Of a stretch of 64,000 nucleotides of DNA, positions 59,574-64,000 are shown one piece after another. Each line of letters begins with the position of its first letter. Within the stretch, counting starts at the first letter, position 1. Below the pieces are notes generated by a model. That model was not told the origin of the DNA and searched no databases. It saw only the letters and a program-made list of their open reading frames with translations. The translations under genes and the position numbers were made by a program. Source of the stretch: the human T2T-CHM13v2.0 reference genome, Homo sapiens; NCBI RefSeq assembly GCF_009914755.1, contig NC_060926.1; one strand, given 5' to 3'.

Positions 59574-60035
59574 TAGCCAGGATGGTCTCGATTTCCTGAC
59601 CTCATGATCCGCCCGCCGTGGCCTCTCAAAGTGCTGGGATTACAGGCGTGAGCCACCACGCCTGGCCCTCATTTAATAAGATATGAATTTAAAAATGTAT
59701 GCTTTAGTATTCACACATGTCCGATGCAACGTATTTAACCAGTCATCTCCAGAAACTTTGTTCCAATTTACACGTTCACCAAATTGGCCTGAGTGCTTTT
59801 TTTCTTCCAATGCATTGCGCACTTATAATTTAGAACAAGTGACCAAAACGCTTAAGAGCCCATCACGCAAATTGTTATCTGCTGGAAATCTACGCCCTAG
59901 GCTGTGGACACTGGCGGCCGAAATCTGATCCCGGCTTGCCAAGACACCCTCAGAGCACGCGGCGCTGCCAAGAGCCTGGCCGAGTGCAGCTCGAGCGCCG
60001 ACGTCGCCAACGTGGCGCACACTGCTGACGCAGTA

Positions 60036-60103
60036 CGCAAGTTCGTCACAGTGGTCCTCCGCCGGCTGCGCCGCAAGTTCGTCACAGTGGTCCTCCGCCG
60101 GCT
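60036..60103. repeat. Perfect 32-bp direct repeat (36-bp period) in the RANBP2 promoter/5' UTR
   Basis: cgcaagttcgtcacagtggtcctccgccggct at 60036-60067 and 60072-60103. Confidence 0.95.
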
Positions 60104-60208
60104 ACGGCGCTGCGTCACTGGTTTGCAGGCGCTTTCCTCTTGGAAGTGGCGACTGCTGCGGGCCTGAGCGCTGGTCTCACGCGCCTCGGGAGCCAGGTTG
60201 GCGGCGCG

Positions 60209-60280
60209 ATGAGGCGCAGCAAGGCTGACGTGGAGCGGTACATCGCCTCGGTGCAGGGCTCCACCCCGTCGCCTCGACAG
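60209..60280 (+). CDS. RANBP2: RANBP2 (Nup358) first coding exon MRRSKADVERYIASVQGSTPSPRQ
   Basis: ATG in a CpG island; 72 nt; CAG|gtgagt donor; matches recalled RANBP2 N-terminus rather than RGPD paralogs; synteny downstream of full-length LIMS1. Confidence 0.93.
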
Positions 60281-61355
60281 GTGAGTGGGTCTCGAAGAGA
60301 CCGACGGCCTCGACCTGGCCGGGCGGCGGCCTCGCGCTGCTCAGGCGTCATGGCTCCCGACGGGCGCTGCTCCCTGGCGCGCTCTGTTGAGGCGCCGGCC
60401 GGCTGGCGCAGTCCTGTGGGCGGCGTGGCGCTTGCAAGCGCATGAAGAGTCCTGGGGGGACAGCGGTGGGCGGGAGACCTTTGGCGCCGGCGCTTCCTCT
60501 TTCTCCCGGCTTGTTCCCGACGCTTGTTCCCGACGGTGCTCGCTCCTGGGGCCGCCCTGGCCCGGGCTTTCTGGCCGATCGCGCACCCCGTAGTACCCGC
60601 GCGGCCTAGTTCTCGGGGGCTTGGGCACCCGGGTGCTGTATCGGCGGGTTTCTTCCCATCTCCTGGACATATACTTTATATGCTGCGGCGGAGGTCGTAC
60701 CTCCTTGGCCTGGAGGAACCCAGTGGGGACTGACGCAGCTCCGGGTGAGCTTTGGCGGCTGCGTCGAGTGACAAGGTAGGCATCTCAGCGCGGACATTTG
60801 CAATGGCCCGACGGCGCAAATGACACTGAAAGTCCCCTTGTTTTGAGTATGAGGTGTTTGTCGCTGTCCCTTTGTAAGGGTCCAGCTCCACTCCGCTCCT
60901 CATACTCACCTCCCTCGCCCCCCTCCCCGCCCGGAACACTTTGGTAGCTGCCTTTGCTTAAAAAAAAAAAATTCTAAAGTTCTTACAAATCGTTAGTATG
61001 GCTTGCAATTTTTAACCTTTTCCACAAATGTTTTAAGGGTATTTTTCCTCTTTACATGTAAATAATGTGATCTATTTTGGATTCAATAAGACTTTAGTAA
61101 TTGGATCTAAAGAGTGACGGAAGAAGCTATTAAAGGTGGATGTGCGCAGAATCTTGAGTCAGTTTGCTTTGGCTTGAATAATCACAGCACTGTCGTTTAT
61201 AAGCTGGGTATTTGGGGCCAGTTACACTTTTCATCCATAGATGGAGTTGTAACATTAATAGAATTTGATAGGATGATCCATTTTAAACATTTAGGGTATT
61301 GCTTGACACATAGCACTAAATGTTAGCTACAAGTCACTTTTTATTGTTGATGTTA

Positions 61356-61682
<327 letters not shown>

Positions 61683-63249
61683 TCACGGATGACCATGATT
61701 ATAATAGTAGCATAATTGTGTCTCTTATCGTAACTAAGCATAGGTTATCTTATTTTGCGCTTCCAGCAGCCCTGTGGATATTGAGACCTGTAGAGATTTA
61801 AGATACTTGTTCAGGGTCAAATAGATAGTGCAGCAGAATTTTGGCAGTGGGTCTGATTTAGTTTCTCTTGGGAACAGTGGAGTAAGTTACAGTCTATTCC
61901 TCCAGAGGAGGAGGATAGATATCTACTTGTACATTGTAATTTCAAACTGCTAGCATAGTATAAATATGAATGTGATGATAGAGTCTAAAACAGACCTTAA
62001 TTGAGGGTTCCTGTAACTCCTGAAATTAAAGACTTTAATTTTTGTGTTATTTTATTTTTTTTGAGGTGGGGTCTCACTCTGTCACCCAGCTGGATGCAGT
62101 GGCGCTATCTCGACTCACTGCACCTTCCGCCTCCCCAGCTCAAGCGATGCTCCCACCTCAGTCTCCCGAGTAGTTGGGACCACAGGTGTACCCACCACAC
62201 CCGCTGTTTTGTTTTGTTTTGTATTTTTGGTAGAGACTGGGTTTCACCATGTTGCCCAGGCTGTTCTTGAACTCCTGGGCTCAAGTGATTTCCCCGCCTC
62301 CACTTCCCAAAGTGTTGGGATTATAGGCGTGAGCCACTGCACCGGCCATTATTTTATTTTTGAGACAAGGTCTCTTTCTGTCTCCCAGGCTGGAGTGCTG
62401 TGGCGGGATCGTGGCTCACTGCAGCGTTGACGTCCTGGGCTCAATCCATCCTCCCACCTTAGCCTCCTGGGTAGCTGAGACTACAGGCATGTGCCACCAT
62501 GCCCGGCTTTTTTCTTTAATGTAGAGACGGGGTCTTATCATGTTACCCAGGCTGGTCTCCAACTCCTGGGCTCAAGTGATCCTCCCGCCTTGGCCCCAAG
62601 TGCTGAGATTACAGGTGTGAGCCACTCTGCTCAGCCTGATTTTTTTTTTTTTAAACAAGCTTAAAAAAAAAAAAAAGCAAGCTTAGAGCCTTTCTGAGAT
62701 TCTTAGTGGGGACCTTGGCTTCCAAAAGATTAAAAACCACTGGTCTAGACAGAAGTTAGAATGTTCTTTCAACTACATAACTTCTCCATTAAATAAAGTG
62801 GAGTGGTGGCAGAATTTTGAGGATTGGTTATTATGACACCTCTCTTACACTTAGAGTCTTTTTTTTCCCCCAAATTTAAAGTCATTTACATTAGAACCTG
62901 GGGATTTCAGCGGAATATGGATTAACTAGTGAGTAACTTTGGAACATGTGAAGCTATTCTGTAAAGTTAGGTTTGAGTGAAATGACAAAACAGGGTGCTT
63001 TGGATAGAAGGTAAAGAATGGAGGGAGAAGAGGCAGTGGCTGTGAAGAATATGAAGAGGTTAGTATTCTCCCCCAGTTTGGCAGAGGCTGGCCATCTGTG
63101 AACTGCCCATGCTTTCTAGAATGTCGGAGTTTTGGAGTGTGATGATGCGTCTGTATATCATATCTTTCTAGTCTTTCATTGTGCTTTCATTTGTTAGTCT
63201 TCTCTTGTTTTGCCATTTTTCTACTCCCTCACATGTGCTTTTGCCCTTA

Positions 63250-63579
<330 letters not shown>

Positions 63580-64000
63580 TCAAGTTGATTTCTTATTCTG
63601 CAGCTGATTCCTACTTCTCAAAGTCTACTTGACAGCTCTTATTTTTATTTATTTGTTTTTTAGAATAGGGTCTTGCTGTGTTGCCCAGGCTGCCATCAAA
63701 TTTTTGGGCGTAAATGATCCACCTACCTCTGTTTCCTGAGTACTTAGGACTACAGGCAGGCACCTTTGACAGCTGTTAGTTGTTTTTTCTGCCCTTTACA
63801 GCTATACTTCATACTTCTGAGTAACACACATATATACTTTTGTTATTTTTAATTTCCTTTCTCCCATTTTAGACATTTTCTTTTCTTTTTTTTTTTTTTG
63901 AGACGGAGACTCGCTCTATCGTCCAGGCTGGAGTGCAGTGGCGCGATCTCGGCTCACTGCAAACTCTGCCTCCCGGGTTCACACCATTCTCCTGCCCCAG

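Larger units (their letters stand above)
59890..60830. promoter_or_regulatory. CpG island / TATA-less promoter of RANBP2
   Basis: Sharp rise in GC and CpG density around the first exon; several TGACG/CGTCA half-CRE sites; GGAAGT ETS-like core near 60142. Confidence 0.88.

Noticed and set aside
60036-60103. CRISPR-like repeat-spacer array
   Set aside because: Only two copies with a 4-nt gap, in a eukaryotic promoter; a simple tandem duplication
60209-60280. RGPD paralog instead of RANBP2 (and LIMS3/4 instead of LIMS1)
   Set aside because: YIASVQGSTPSPRQ matches recalled RANBP2, and the upstream gene has all five LIM domains

Overview
Human (primate) genomic DNA, recognisable as the LIMS1-RANBP2 locus at 2q12.3. 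An AluYb8/Yb9-type insertion supports a human origin. The + strand carries nine coding exons of LIMS1/PINCH1 (200-24594, a 325-aa five-LIM protein when joined) and a long 3' UTR ending near 27.8 kb. A ~32-kb intergenic block follows, almost entirely Alu, L1, LTR and Tigger sequence, with two processed pseudogenes (COX7B-like and RPL10-like, both - strand). The window ends with the CpG-island promoter and first coding exon of RANBP2 (60209-60280). The most interesting signals lie in LIMS1 introns. First, an intact duplicated paralog of the last coding exon (21563-21710) would complete LIM5 with a different, polybasic, Cys-tipped tail and its own short 3' UTR. Second, a 4-codon terminal exon (2821, ERT-stop, then AATAAA) would give a truncated-LIM1 product of the LIMS3/LIMS4 type. 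Almost all other ORFs in the supplied track are repeat-derived noise. Gene and repeat identities come from recalled sequences, not from searches. Repeat boundaries are approximate.
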